Under the pieces are notes generated by a model. The model was not told where the DNA came from. It saw only the letters and a list, made by a program, of their open reading frames with translations, and ran no database searches. A stretch of DNA of 63,790 nucleotides, counting the filler, from Octopus bimaculoides (Eukaryota), in assembly GCF_001194135.2 (NCBI RefSeq). It is 4 parts of 4 records of this genome, joined end to end, with 100 filler letters (N's around TTAATTAATTAA, not from the genome) between each part and the next. Parts side by side here need not be neighbours in the genome. Positions count along the whole stretch, not along the records: positions 1 to 29,267 come from NC_069000.1; 3 more parts are not named here. One strand, written 5' to 3'. Made by a program: the position numbers and the translations under genes. Numbering within the stretch: the first letter of the stretch is position 1; each line of letters begins with the position of its first letter. Shown here piece after piece: positions 1-13,296 of the stretch.

Positions 1-185
1 CACACGCAAACATACACACACACACACTCACACACACACGCGCGCACATGGGCGCATACGCGCACACACACATACACACACACACGCAAACACACACACA
101 CACACACACGCAAACATACACACACACACACTCACACACACACGCGCGCACATGGGCGCATACCCGCACACAAACACTCACACTC
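1..185. repeat. Degenerate (CA)n microsatellite containing a ~65-bp duplication (period ~103 bp)
   Basis: cacacgcaaacatacacacacacacactcacacacacacgcgcgcacatgggcgcatac occurs at 1 and again at ~104. Confidence 0.8.
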
Positions 186-1211
186 ACGTATTTATGACTG
201 CATACATATCAAACCTTTTCCGTATTCCATATAAATCAAATCGAAAGATTGCAGCAGTGTTAGAACCGTGGATCAATATACTGAAAGTATTCATTTAAGG
301 CTCGCTTCGTTTTGAACTCCAATCCTATCGAATTACTTATTGATTTTGATCCTACCAGGATCCATAGTTCAGGATCCACGATTCGAGGAATTGGCTGGCT
401 ATATTCTATATTTCCCACTCTCAAAATCAATTGGTGCGATTCTCCGTTCATACATTCTTCTGATCTCCGAAGTGTTCAGCAATCGGTGTCTATCGATCCG
501 CATTAATGCCTCCGATAAGTAATAAACAGTGAAGAAATGTGGTGCTTGGTACTGTGTTGACGCAGTTTCCTTTTGGAATAACCAAAAAAAATATATATAG
601 TTTTGTGAATGAAAGAGTCAGAGATGGAAGTCATTCATAAATGTCTGTTCTCCACTCCTCACATTTACGTTACGCACATACACTTTTCACATACACACTA
701 ATACACACGCACTCACATACACACTCACAGACGCACACACACACGCCTACAGATACCTAGACATATTTACATTGTTATAGATGAGTTCAGTTCCATTCTT
801 CCATTTCGTTCACCTTCCTTCTCACATATATTCTCCATCCTCCTGTCTCTTTCGTTTCTGTCTCTGTGTATTTGTCTCTCTGACTGTCTGTCTGTCTGTC
901 TCTATTTACATCTCTTGCTCTCTTTTCCTTCTCCCTCTGAGTGGGCCGTGTTGCACAGCAAGAAAACTTCAAGGAAGGCGACTCACAATAAGCTTTCACA
1001 AGAAATGGCGATATGGGAGAGTGGCAATTGCAGTCCCATTTATTCTCATATAAAATAGCAAACTGGTATTCTACCGAAACCGTTCAAAGACAAACTGTAT
1101 TGAGCATGGAAATGAACTATAGATTATACATACACACACATAAATATGCACATACATGCATACACACGCGCACACCCACGCATAAATGCACGGGTGTGTG
1201 CATACATTCTT

Positions 1212-1557
1212 GGCACTCCGTCACTTACGACATCGACGGTTCCAGTTGACCCGATCAACGGAACAGCCTGCCCTGCTCGTGAAATTGACTTGCAAGTGGT
1301 TGAGCACTCCACAGACACGTGTACCCTTAACATAGTTCTCGGGGATATTCAGCGTGACACAGTATGACAAGGCTGCCCCCTTTGAAATACAGCCACAACA
1401 GAAATAAGAAGTAAGAGTGAGAGACCCCTGTCGGAGTCTCGTGGAGCTTTAGATGTTTTCGCTCAATAAACACTCACAACGCCCGGTCTGGGAATCGAAA
1501 CCACGATCCTATGGCCGCGAGTCCGCTGCCCTAACCACTGGGCCATTGCGCCTCCAC
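1212..1557 (-). mobile_element. tRNA-derived SINE, family A (internally deleted copy)
   Basis: Minus strand starts GTGGAGGCGCAATGGCCCAGTGGTTAGGGCAGCGGACTCGCGG (A-box-like) then GGTTTCGATTCCCAG (B-box-like); body near-identical to 2768-3150 and 25265-25649 but lacks ~40 bp. Confidence 0.9.
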
Positions 1558-2767
1558 AATGACATACATACATGCGTACATACATACATACATACATACA
1601 TACAGGCAGGCAGAGATATAGACAATCGTGCATAGATATACACATATATACGCTCACAACTTACAGTCTTATATGTAGACACAGATATGTGTGTATATAA
1701 ACACACTTTGTAGAAAATAATCTAGAAAAATGTAAAATTGTGCCATAAACAAAGCTGTAATCATGGCGGTGGGCTGTGATATGTTGACAAACGTCTCCCG
1801 AAGTAATTAAGAACACACAACAGCAATTGGTGATTTAGTTTGAAAACAATAAGCTTTTGGTCTCATATTGCCCAGAATCCATTTACCATTCATTAGAATA
1901 GAATATCAATCGATGAAATGCGTACTGCGCACACGCATACACAGAAACTCACAGAAACACACAGGCACACAAGGACATACACATTAATACACAAGCATAT
2001 ATATGCACGTTTGTGCGCGTGTTTGTACGCGTATAGATTATTATGTATGTGACCGTATTTTATACACGCACACACACACACACACATATATGTCTATATG
2101 TACATATATGTAATACATGTACAAATGAAACGCACACACATTCACAAACACACACAAAATCACACACATATATATAATACGCTCATATACATAATATATA
2201 TATACGCCCACACACACGGACAGAAACATGCGCACAAACGTACACATATAAATTTGTGTACACGTGTGTGTATATGTGTATGTGTGTTTTTGTGAGTATG
2301 TGTATATGCCTGTATATGTGTGTATGTGTATATATGCCAGTGTGTATTCAACAGCACCCAGATGCAAATTATATTCCGCGTAAACAGTATATTCTCATAA
2401 AATGTTTATGCTTTACATATGTATATAATTGAAGTCCTAATACTTTGTTATAATAATAGCTGTTATAACAGTAGTTAGCATATTTAGTTGGTATCCAAAT
2501 GGATTTTGGATTGGCAGACGCTCTTGAACGATCGGCTGCATCTCTTGAGGCATTTGTCCATGCTCTTTACGTTGTGATTTCAAATTGTATAGAATCAAAC
2601 TTCGTTTTCTCTCTTCTGGTATCGGTAACATTAAACAACCACCTAAGAACTAGGATCGAATCTGTTTCCTGTTGTCCATTCCTATATTTTTATTCTGGCG
2701 CCTATTTTATATTGATTAGTAAATTATTATTCTGTCATGCACTTGCTGGAATGGACCTTAACATATA

Positions 2768-3150
2768 TGTTGTTGTTGTTGGCACTCCGTCGCTTACGAC
2801 GTCGTGGGTTCCTGTTGATCCGACCAACGGAACAGCCTGCTCGTGAAATTAACATGCAAGTGGCTGAGCACTCCACAGACACGTGTACTATTAACGTAGT
2901 TCTCGAGGATATTCAGCGTGACACAGTGTGACAAGGCTGACCCTTTGTATTACAGGCACAACAGAAACAGGAAGTAAGAGTGAGAGAAAGTTGTGATGAA
3001 AGAGTACAGCAGGGTTCACCACCATCCCCTGCCAGAGCCTCGTGGAGCCTTAGGTGTTTTCGCTCAATAAACACTCACAACGCCCGGTCTGGGAATCGAA
3101 ACCGCTATCCTATGAGCGCGAGCCCGCTGCCCTAACCACTCCGCCTCCAC
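2768..3150 (-). mobile_element. tRNA-derived SINE, family A, full length with (CAA)n tail and TSD
   Basis: Same body as 1212 and 25265; (TTG)n at left end is the (CAA)n tail; direct repeat (c)cttaacatata at 2756-2767 and 3150-3161. Confidence 0.92.
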
Positions 3151-3549
3151 CTTAACATATAAACAATCACTCATTTATTTAGTTCCCCCACAAGTTTACA
3201 TAAATTTTGTGATCATATCAGATAAAGAAAAAATGCTTTCGTTAGTTTATATCTGGTTTGCAAGGTTCTTCATGTGAACACGTATGTTGAAATATATTTT
3301 GTTGTATCACGGAAGGGTCGTTATATTAAAAATAAACAGAGGCACTGGTTCTATTTCACGTCGTTTATCTCTATTACTCAGTTGGTTAAATATTTAGCCA
3401 TTTAGATACGCGACTGTTTGATTAATTATTCGGTCATTAACTCAATCAGCTCTGCCTGTTACCGACTTTCGTCGCTATTCGTCACCTCATCAATGACATT
3501 CCCCCTTCATTTCAGTTCTACTTCTATCCTTTAAATATTTGCTTTATTC

Positions 3550-3589
<40 letters not shown>

Positions 3590-4159
3590 GTCATTATTCT
3601 ATATATTATTGTTTTTGATTTCATAAAAACACCCCATCATACCACATCTATTTAACAACATTGCTCCTCCTGCAAGATGAAAGGGAGATACATATATAAT
3701 TGTAAATTTAATTTAAGTTAGAATCCGCCTAAGTTTACGTAGCCGAAACTTCGAAATAATTCAACATTTTCCCCAAAAAAATGTCCGCGCGCGCTTGTCT
3801 ATGTTTGTGTATGCACGTTAAGAAATCTGATTAATCCGGTCTAAAAATAACCGTCTGACATGGATCGTCTGCACATTATTGGATTGCTGACATAGGCTTG
3901 CACTTATATAACACGTAATGTCATTCTTTAAATATCCAGTGTTCATAATTAAAAATGCCATCAATAAGTAAGATCAAAATAGCTGGCCATTATTCAAACA
4001 TACATGAGTAATATCGGAGAGCCTTAGAGATTTTTTAAATCCTTACCCTCTATAAAAAAACGGTGTGGTTTCAAACATTTCCTTTCACAAAATAAATGCG
4101 TAAATGAATATATAGAATGAGAGAACGTAAACCTGTACATACATAAGAATAACTTGTAT

Positions 4160-4431
4160 CTTTTACCTTTTACTTGTTTCAGTCATTAGACTGCGGCCAT
4201 GCTGGGACACAGCCTTGAATTTTTAGTCGAATGAATAGACCGTAGCGCTTATTTATTAAGCCTGGTACTTATTCAGTCGGACTTTTTTTCCGAACCGCTG
4301 AATTACGGGGACCTAAACACACCAACACCGTTTGTCAAGTAGTGATGGCGGGAGAAACACAGACACAAATCCATGCGCAAATCGATATATATATATATAT
4401 ATATGCATGCATACATACATACATACATGCA

Positions 4432-4467
<36 letters not shown>

Positions 4468-4660
4468 TATATACACACACNNNNNNNNNNATATATATAT
4501 AAACAACGGGCTTCTTTCAGTTTCTGTCTAGCAAATCCACTCACAAGGATTTGATCGGCCCCTGGCTATAGTATGAGACACTTTCCCAAGCTGTCACGCA
4601 GTGGTACTGAACCCGGAACCATGTGGTTGGGAAGCAAGTTTCTTGCCACACAGCCATTCC
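4160..4660 (-). mobile_element. tRNA/CORE-like SINE (head C) + internal microsatellite + tail F
   Basis: Minus strand: ATGGCTGTGTGGCAAGAAACTTGCTTCCCAACCACATGGTTCCGGGTTCAG head, CORE-like CTTGGGAAAGTGTC, GAAACTGAAAGAAGCCCG, (TA/TATG)n, then tail ending CAGCATGGCCGCAGTCTAATGACTGAAACAAGTAAAAG; many copies in the window. Confidence 0.85.
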
Positions 4661-5149
4661 TCGACCTTATACTGAAGTTTCTGTTATGAGTTTTTAATCC
4701 CTTAGATTAAACAAATTTTTTCATGAAATTGTTTATCTCGCACGAAACAGTAACTTAGTACTTATGTATACTCTGTGTCCATAAATTATCTTTACAAGTT
4801 CCCTAATTTATCGTCTTGATATGCTGCACTCAACCAACGCTGCAGACATGGAAGTAATCTGATATTTCTAATAATGCTATATTTACTTGCCTACACTTTT
4901 CTAATTGTAAAGATAATTTATGGACAATACAATCACCTGGACTTTACGACCATCCGCACTTAGGACTACAAAAGATAAGGATGTAAATAAATAAATAAAT
5001 AAAAATCGATTTTCGGACGTTGGACAGCTGCACGTAAGATAATTATGGCAGCCTCTGGCAACGCAGGCCTTCCGCAGATCCAGAGATCCACTACTTGCCA
5101 CTGTCTCTCACTCAGTCGTTTTCAAGCTTCAGTTGCGTTTGAACGAAAA

Positions 5150-5410
5150 TAGTGTTGAAAAATAAAAATCCGACATCCGACCAGATCGACTTACGACCTG
5201 TCAGTCGGAAAGGGACTCGGTCGTATGTCGAGGAGAATGTTTATAAAGTAAACAGTACAAAAGGCATAAGCCTGCCGTGTCGCTAACATTTACACTAAAG
5301 TATATAGAGGCCTTTCTTAAGTAAACGGCAAATGCATGGTAATTGTTTGTGTATTTACTTGTTTTTAATATTAAGGACGTTTAGCCTTTCCCAAAATCTG
5401 ATTGGTCAGA
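5150..5410. promoter_or_regulatory. Candidate cis-regulatory patch (forkhead-like motifs, CCAAT box, CpG-rich hairpin)
   Basis: Non-repetitive; TGTTTAT 5238, GTAAACA 5248, GTAAAC 5321, TGTTTGT 5344, TATTTAC 5352; CTGATTGGTC at 5398-5407. Confidence 0.25.
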
Positions 5411-6044
5411 TGTGACTGTGTTTCAACGGTAAAAATGTCTGTCTTTCTTTTAATTTTATATATCTTGCGGAAGACATTCACTTTTTGCTTTTGTTTTTAA
5501 ATTACTGTCGTGCTGCCAGAAGAAGATTCGATATTGTTTATCTGTCTTGCAGCTATATAGATGCATCCAGATAGGCACCCTTCTATATTATACAAAAGCA
5601 TAGAGCATTATGTCCTGTATATACTGGCTGGGTAACGAAATTTACTTAGCGGGTACAAACCTAGGTCCAAATTTTTTTTTACAAACATGGTCATATAGTT
5701 TTTCGAAAATTTATTCTTGTTCTTTGTCCTTTGAAAAGAAACCTAAATTCAGGCTACTTTTTACGCACCGTTTTCTAAACTTAAAAACAGTAAGTAAGGG
5801 TAGGAATTTTGATTGGGTATCCTAGAAAAATTTTAGGAGGGGCGCTTGCACTCCTTTCACCTACCCTGTTCTCGGGCCCATGCCTGTATAGTAATTATTG
5901 TCATTCGCCTTTGCTGTATCCAGATTTCTCCCTCTCACTCTCTCTGTCTGTCTGTCTCTCTCTCTCTGTATACATACGCACACACACACACACACACACA
6001 CAGACATACACATACACACCACGCACGCACGTGCTCGCGCGCAC

Positions 6045-6405
6045 ACATACACATCTTATATTTTCTTTCGGTTGTTTTAGTCACCGGACAGCTCGGTATT
6101 GCCTTGAAAGGTTTGGTTGGACCAATCGGCACCAATAGTTGCCTGGTACTTATGTTATTGGTCTCTTTTGCTTAACGGCTAGATCACCCGATTGTAAATA
6201 AACTAACACCGGATGTCAAACGGCGTGTAGCAACAAACACGCATATATACACATAAACACACACGCACACATGACGTGTTTCCTCACAGCGTTTCTGTCG
6301 ACCAAATTCACTCACAAGCGACTTCCATAAGGTGCTACGCAGCGGGACTATACCTGAAACCACGTGACCTCAAAGCTAGCTTGTCGGTCACAGAGCGATG
6401 GCTGC
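6045..6405 (-). mobile_element. Degraded head C + tail F SINE
   Basis: Homologous to 4160-4660 (ccaaattcactcacaag, gctacgcagcgggacta, tail segment ttgccttgaaagg...tggtactta). Confidence 0.7.
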
Positions 6406-6799
6406 ACCTATATATAACATATATTATATTTTGATATATTGAATTAATGCTTTAACATTATAAAACTATATCCAATCAATTTATGAGACTGAATTTTAAC
6501 ACCTCATTAAACTGAAATATATTACTACGTCACTGAAATAACCATAAATGGAATGAGTTTCATTGACTTGAATTTTTAAAAACGAATGTTTATAAATATT
6601 TAGTTTGATAACAAAAAAAACATAGAATTCACTAAAATACAAGTTCTACATTAATTCCATCGTTAAAAAGCAAACATAGCAAACATATTAGATAATTAAA
6701 AATCCATAATGAAATGAGTAAAATCGTTTCATCAAGAACATAATATAATTTTAATTTTCGTACATGCGTGCAATTTTGAGAGTAATTCGGTTCCATCTG

Positions 6800-6915
6800 A
6801 TATTTTCTTATCGACCAAAAACGATTAAAAGTCAAGTCGACCTCGGAATAGAAACGGGTGAAATAACTAACGCTAAGCGTTTTACCCGGTACCGTAACCA
6901 TTCAGCCAGCTCGAT
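6800..6915 (-). mobile_element. SINE family B fragment
   Basis: Reverse complement of family B head and body (gtcaagtcgacctcggaatagaa...aacgctaagcgtttt...agccagctcg). Confidence 0.65.
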
Positions 6916-6970
6916 CGATTAATGTAATTTAGCATGATACAGTGTATATATATTCATTCATACACAAATA

Positions 6971-7180
6971 TACGAAGGTGTGCTGAAATGTTCCAGCACT
7001 AGGTAAAATAAAATACAGGGGGGGTGATATTATACAATATATACTCCGCTAAGACTTACACATTTATTGCAGCGCTCCTTCAGTTTTTGTAAGACCTGTA
7101 TGAGATTTCGGAAGGTTGGGCTTCCAACTAGGCATTGCAGGATAACCTTACAACTAGGAACTCTTCAACACCCTCTCGTA
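6971..7180 (-). mobile_element. mariner-derived MITE
   Basis: Imperfect TIRs TACGAAGGTGTGCTGAAATGTTCC / GGAACTCTTCAACACCCTCTCGTA with TA at both ends; the interior retains a frameshifted mariner transposase C-terminal remnant (L.KLKERCNKCVSL.G.Y) on the minus strand. Confidence 0.8.
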
Positions 7181-7544
7181 TGGATGAATGAATAGGTCCA
7201 ACCACACGCCTGAGGTTGGAGGCGCTCTATCACAGTCCACAATCATCGCAACCCACTACAGTCTCGTACTCTAAGCATACACCCTTTCCGTGCACTCCCT
7301 GTTACCATCGCTCGAGAGCCTGTTTCTCGTCAACCTAGCCTCCAAAGATGCGGATGCAAGGATTCGAGAATACTCAACGTGTTCAGTATATTGCAGCATT
7401 CACCATCCTACTAGCGTCACTAACATTCGGTCCGTTCCTATATCTCCTAGAACTTATGCTTCTGTTCAACAGTCGACGAAGTATATATAATGTATCCATC
7501 CATCCATCCATCCATCCATACATACATACATACATACATACATA

Positions 7545-7830
7545 CTTTTGAGAAATCTGCATTTACTCTATCCGGATTACAATTAATACTTGTAATTATT
7601 GGGGGCCTTGTATATGTCACACACTGCCTAAATATTAATCTTGAGAATTTAGGCTTCTCAAAACCAGAAAGGAGAAAGCTTATTCGAAGACTACAGATCC
7701 AATCCACCACTGGAACTGTCAAAATCTGTAAAACTTTCTAGGATTTTGTCATCTAAATATATATGAGCATGTCTAGATATGCAACTATATGCATGAACAT
7801 ACATACATAAAACAAAACATACCAATCGGC
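7545..7830 (+). mobile_element. 3' end of an R4/Dong-like (RLE-type) non-LTR retrotransposon
   Basis: Translates LHLLYPDY.. / VIIGGLVYVTHCLNINLENLGFSKPERRKLIRRLQIQSTTGTVKICKTF, resembling the P-I-V-I-G-A-L-G C-terminal region of RLE LINEs; (TACA)n on both sides. Confidence 0.65.
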
Positions 7831-8908
7831 ACACATACATACATACATACATACATACATACATACATACATGCATACATACAGGTGATGGCTGCAAACT
7901 CGTGTTCGAGTATTGTCATCGCCTGAGTCGAAGGCTATGTCCAGCCATTTTTGTGATAGGTTTTACTTTGTTTCAAGTGATACTTGAGGATGATGATTCT
8001 TTTTTTTATAGTGGGGGAAAGGATTTGCACACAAATCCAACTCCAATCTCTGACCATAGTCAACATAAACTCGAAAAGAAGAACTAGTCTCCATGATCGA
8101 ATATTGCCAGTGTCGCAGATTTTCTCTGTGTTTTCCTGGACACCAACCCAGGTATTTCCAAATAATGGCGTACACATGCATACATACATACATACATACA
8201 TACGTATATACATACATATGTGTGTGTGTGTGTGTGTGTGTGTTGAATAAATTTCAGAATGAATTTACTTGTGTATATTAGAGAGCAGTATTCTTTCACG
8301 TTTTTTGTCATACTGCAATCCATATGGAATGGCAGCATGTATAAAATGTTTGCAGAGCGTTTGTGACTGATCGGAAAAATGGTATGTTTTTCGGACTAAA
8401 CATCTGGTACACAAAATTGCAATAGAATGAATAACCTACTTAAAGGCACACAATGTCAGGAACTTATCCTTAAAATGGACAAAGGATTAAGTCTACTATC
8501 CAATTCTACATTACTATTAATGTACTAGAATATCATATCAATAACTGTGCCTATGTTAATATCATTTCATAAAGTTTCGTACTGCAGTTCTATGATAGAA
8601 TTTGGTCGTAGGCCTCCTACATTGGTTGATTGATCAAATAAATTTAGTGTCTGTTTTTCTTTGTGTAATTTGTAGTCATATATCGGAAAAGAGATAAAAT
8701 TTATCTAAATTTCCCCTCAAAATAAACAAAATTTCTAGAGGATAAATAGATTCAAACGAAAAGAGACATTATTTCAGATAACGCTGGAAAGGAGTGAAAT
8801 ACCCCCCCCCCACCCACACACATTATTTAAGCCACTTTGATTCGGTTTCCGTGCTGCTTCATGTTTATCCGGCCTAAACGAAGCGTGTCTCCTTCAGACT
8901 TCTGGGGG

Positions 8909-8946
<38 letters not shown>

Positions 8947-9932
8947 ACAAACATAAATATAGATATATATCTATGGAAGAAAACCAGTGAATTTATCTAA
9001 CTACCTAATATTAAAACAAATTTTGTTGTCATCAGCTGTCAACATTCGTGTTGCTGTTACTATTTACAATGATTGGTCATTGCAATCAGCTGCCCCTATT
9101 GACAGCCAGGTCAAGTGTCTGCTGAGAGCAAAGAGGACTGGTCATGTAAACACGTCTATGCGAATTACAGCGTAGAGACTATTGCTATGACGTGTGTATC
9201 TACGGCGTGATTTTGACACAGGAATATTATTTAATAAAAGAGATTGTCTATATGACATTCCGTTTCTGTGTCTGGCTTACAAAATTTTTCATGTGAGCTT
9301 GTGAGGCAAAACAGATATTGTTGAATCTCGGGAGGATCATTACGCTAATAATAAACACACGCGTTGGTCCTATTTGACTCATATGCTATATGTCAATTGA
9401 TTAAATATTTACTCAATTAACTAATAGATTGTCTGATTGATCTATCAGGCCTGAAGCTGACCTGGAATAGGGAGAGGTCATATCATTTAAGAGGATGCGA
9501 ATAGCGACGAAAGGACTTTGACAAACAGAACTGACTGGTTCATTAACCGAATGATTAATCACACGAACGATTAAATAATTATTTAAATAGTAAACCAATT
9601 AACGAACAGCAGATAGGTGAAAACAGAAGTAGTGTGTGTGTGTGTGTTGCTATTGGCATAATTTCCTTTCCGAGATGCAGCTGTATCTATAAGCATTTTA
9701 CCAAAGCTAAAACATTTGTATGCTTGTTAGGAATAAACAAACTCACAGCGTCTTTAATGTAATTACAATTTTGACACGATTGGCTAGAAACGTTTCCCAT
9801 CACTGGCCACTCTTCACATATTGTCCAATATTCTTGCATTTGGTTGCACCCTTGCGTTTAGTTATTGGAATTCGTAGTGACTTCCAGTTCACAACAGATG
9901 AAGAGAGTAACGATCAGTGCAAATTCAATACA

Positions 9933-10064
9933 GAAGTATGGCTGTGTGGTTACGAATGTCACTTCGCAACCATTTTATTTCGGGTTCAGTTTCACCACAC
10001 GGCACCTCTACAATAACCTGTGGTCGACCATTAGGTAAATTTCGTAGAGTATGTGGAAGTCTGT

Positions 10065-10096
<32 letters not shown>

Positions 10097-10600
10097 NNNN
10101 NNNNNNNNNNNNNNNNNNNNNNNNNNNNNNNNNNNNNNNNNNNNNNNNNNNNNNNNNNNNNNNNNNNNNNNNNNNNNNNNNNNNNNNNNNNNNNNNNNNN
10201 NNNNNNNNNNNNNNNNNNNNNNNNNNNNNNNNNNNNNNNNNNNNNNNNNNNNNNNNNNNNNNNNNNNNNNNNNNNNNNNNNNNNNNNNNNNNNNNNNNNN
10301 NNNNNNNNNNNNNNNNATATATGCGTGTATGTATGCATAAACATACATATACATACATAATGTGTTAATGGGCGTCTGTCATATTTATGTTTGTCGTCCC
10401 ACCACTTGAAAACTGATGTCGGTTTATTTATCTGCCATAACCTAGCGGTTGGGTAGAAGCTATCGATAGAATATGTAATACAGTTTAAAAAATAATTACT
10501 AGGGTCGATTTGTTCGATTCAACCAATCAAAGCCGTGCGCCAGTATGACTGTAGTTGAGTGACTGAAACAAGCAGAACGCAAAGGATAAAAGATAAAAGG
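9933..10600 (+). mobile_element. Head C + tail F SINE spanning an assembly gap
   Basis: ATGGCTGTGTGGTT...TTTCGGGTTCAGTTTCACCACACGGCACC head; after the gap, tail with GGGTCGATTTGTTCGA...GAGTGACTGAAACAAG. Confidence 0.75.
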
Positions 10601-11603
10601 CTGATATTTAGTAGTGTGATATCCAATACACTAGTGTATAGAATATCAAACAAATTATGATATGTTTTATTAAATTATAAACTATTATACTGTAATCAAA
10701 ACTATAGCAAATTTTAGACAGATATTGTCGTAGAATGCTTATGAAAAAACTCTGCTTTCTTTTCTTAAGGAGGTTGGGCGAGATTTCAATTATATTTGTC
10801 TTCTTTTTTTATGAGGTGGAATGACCAGACGATATTTCTCTACTTTGCTCCTTATATAATAATTTCTTGTTGCGATATCATTTTGTGATAAAATATATTC
10901 AAAGTGCGAACAAACATAAAACAGTCATACATGTATGTGACCATAAAGAAACGAAAAGGCGTTGCAGCCACGATCATTCCGGATTTACTCAGGTATTGCG
11001 TGTCTAGGACTCCATTATTTTAAATTCTTTCGCCTCTTAAATGGGAAAGGTTATGTTGAATGGTACTGAGATTTTATTTCTAACCGAGTTGCATGACAAC
11101 GTGGAGGTGTTGCCACTGGCTCGAAGTGTATTCTATGAACCCATAACCGAAAGATAAGTCTTGTATTGCGAGATGGTAATTTATTATCATTATTATTATT
11201 ATTACTGTTTTTGCTAAATAAACACCCGCACAATTTATTGGTTCTTCACTTTATTCTTTTATTACAGTTCTTCGTTTATTACAGTTTTTATTTTAACTCT
11301 TATCTATTGTCCGGAAATCTTTCGTCACACATCTGTGACCTCTTCAGTGACACTTCCCGTCCTTGTGTTTGCTCCTGCTTAGTCCATTCTGTTCTATGAT
11401 CTGTATCCTTATATGCGCTTGCATTTGCATCTGTATTTCTGTGTGTGGGTACATATGTGTGTGTGCATGTGTGTGTACATGTGTGTGTGTGTGCGTACCT
11501 GTGTATGTGTGTGCAAAAGATAAGTTTTGTTGAAATATTGCAGTTCTGTAGATGATGACATTAGCGAACCAGTTTCTACCTTATCCTACAAAGTTATTTT
11601 CAG

Positions 11604-11719
11604 CTGCGCCAACTGAGTCAATACGGAGAAATTTTAAGAGGATTTGTCTGTGTAGCACTGGCAGTGGTCACAACTACTTGCAAAACCTCCCAAGCAGATG
11701 AGAATCTGTTAACCGAAAA
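11604..11719 (+). CDS. Candidate internal exon encoding a signal-peptide-like segment
   Basis: Acceptor ttattttcag| and donor AA|gtgaga; open frame LRQLSQYGEILRGFVCVALAVVTTTCKTSQADENLLTEK; no homology recognised. Confidence 0.28.
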
Positions 11720-12049
11720 GTGAGAAACTGACCTGCAGCTTGCAGCGGAGTTGACTTCTTTAAATCTAATCAGAGTTTATTTCTCTCTCTGTGAATGAGA
11801 AAAGCGTGTTTACGTCAGTTGTATTCAATTTATAAATCTATAATTTGTAATGAGACTTACTCCCCCCACCTCTCCATCACTATCTCTGTTTGTGTGCGTG
11901 AGCTTATTTCTTTATGTTTATCAAGAGAGGGAGTCGGTTCATGTCAATCGCGTTCAATTAATATAATGTCTCTTGATCTCCTTCCTTTTCTCTTAGGTAT
12001 TCTTTCTGAATGTCTGCACATTGCGCATGCGTAGCATCTTCGTGTATAT

Positions 12050-12430
12050 GTTTCTTTGAGTGCGTGCGTGTGCGTGTGTGTGTATTTGAGTGCGTGTATG
12101 TACCAGTGCATGCGTGTGTGTGGGCGTTACATGTGAGTGTATGTGTGTGTGTGTATGTGTATGTGTAAGTGCGTGTTTGTACGTGTGTGCGTGTGTATGT
12201 GTAAGTGTGTGTTTGTACGTGTGTGCGTAGGTATGTGTAAGTGTGTGTTTGTACGTGTGTGCGTGTGTATGTGTAAGTGCGTGTTTGTACGTGTGCGTGT
12301 GTGTATGTGTGTGCGCGTGAATGTGTGTGTGCATGGGTGCGTGTGTGTGCTCAGGCGTATGAGTATGCGTGAATGTGTGTGCGTGCGTGTGTGTGTGTCT
12401 GTGGGTGTGTGCGTTGAGCGTGCGTGTGTT
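12050..12430. repeat. Degenerate (GT)n tract with a 36-bp x4 minisatellite
   Basis: Unit GTATGTGTAAGTGYGTGTTTGTACGTGTGTGCGTGT repeated at 12157-12296. Confidence 0.85.
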
Positions 12431-13204
12431 TACCTCCAACGCCCAATTGATTTGTCACTGAACGGGCTAATTATCCTATCTGCTGTGCTAAATCGTCAGC
12501 CTCCAAACAGCTGCACGCTTTCATCTTATTTCGCCACATAAGGCATATTTACAGACAACATACATGTTTGTATTGCGTAATTTAGTTTGAGCGTTACATG
12601 ATAAATGATAGCGCTGTATTATTCCATACTGATAGCGTTTTATTTGATGGGCGTAAAAGAGCAATATGTACATATGGAACGAATCATGATTTCCGCCAAC
12701 ATTACTTTCATATTTAAAGAAAGTTTACTTATGAAAGATCGTTTATTTATCAGTAGAAATACAGGCATAATAGAGTAAAATATGAATAGGCCATCAAAAG
12801 GTATGAAATCAGTTGATAAGACATTTATATAACGTATAAGAGTTATATATAACAGACAACGTAATAGTAATACCGTTCTTTTACCTCTCAGTGCTAACGC
12901 ACTTCTCTCCCTTTCCCTCTTTTCGTATCTCCTTTGATCTAACTACATGGCAGAGTCACATATTCGGTCTTAGCGTATTAACTATTAGTTTCACCCTACC
13001 TCACGTCATTAAAATTTCTCTCTGAGTCTTATTATTTCGCTTTCCCTTCAATTAACAATATGAGGGGCATTCATGGCTTCGTGATAAACAAAACCAGTTT
13101 GCACCGATGAGGTTTCGGGTTCAGTCCACTCTCTTCAAGAATTGTATGTATCCTAACGTGCTTGGCAAGATAGGATAAATTTATTGATGAGAGGACAACG
13201 GTGT

Positions 13205-13247
<43 letters not shown>

Positions 13248-13296
13248 CCGTTGTCGATTTTCTTCTACCGTCTTCCTTTGTATTGGACTTTCCGCT

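Noticed and set aside
260-522. Three overlapping 60-64 aa ORFs in unique sequence
   Set aside because: No recognisable motif or splice support; expected by chance.
1490-1557. tRNA-like sequence (also 3085-3150 and 25580-25649)
   Set aside because: SINE head: continues into the SINE body, lacks a complete acceptor stem, and two copies have TSDs.
2499-2846. ORF beginning MDFGLAD, resembling a kinase DFG motif
   Set aside because: No other kinase subdomain nearby and the ORF runs into a SINE.
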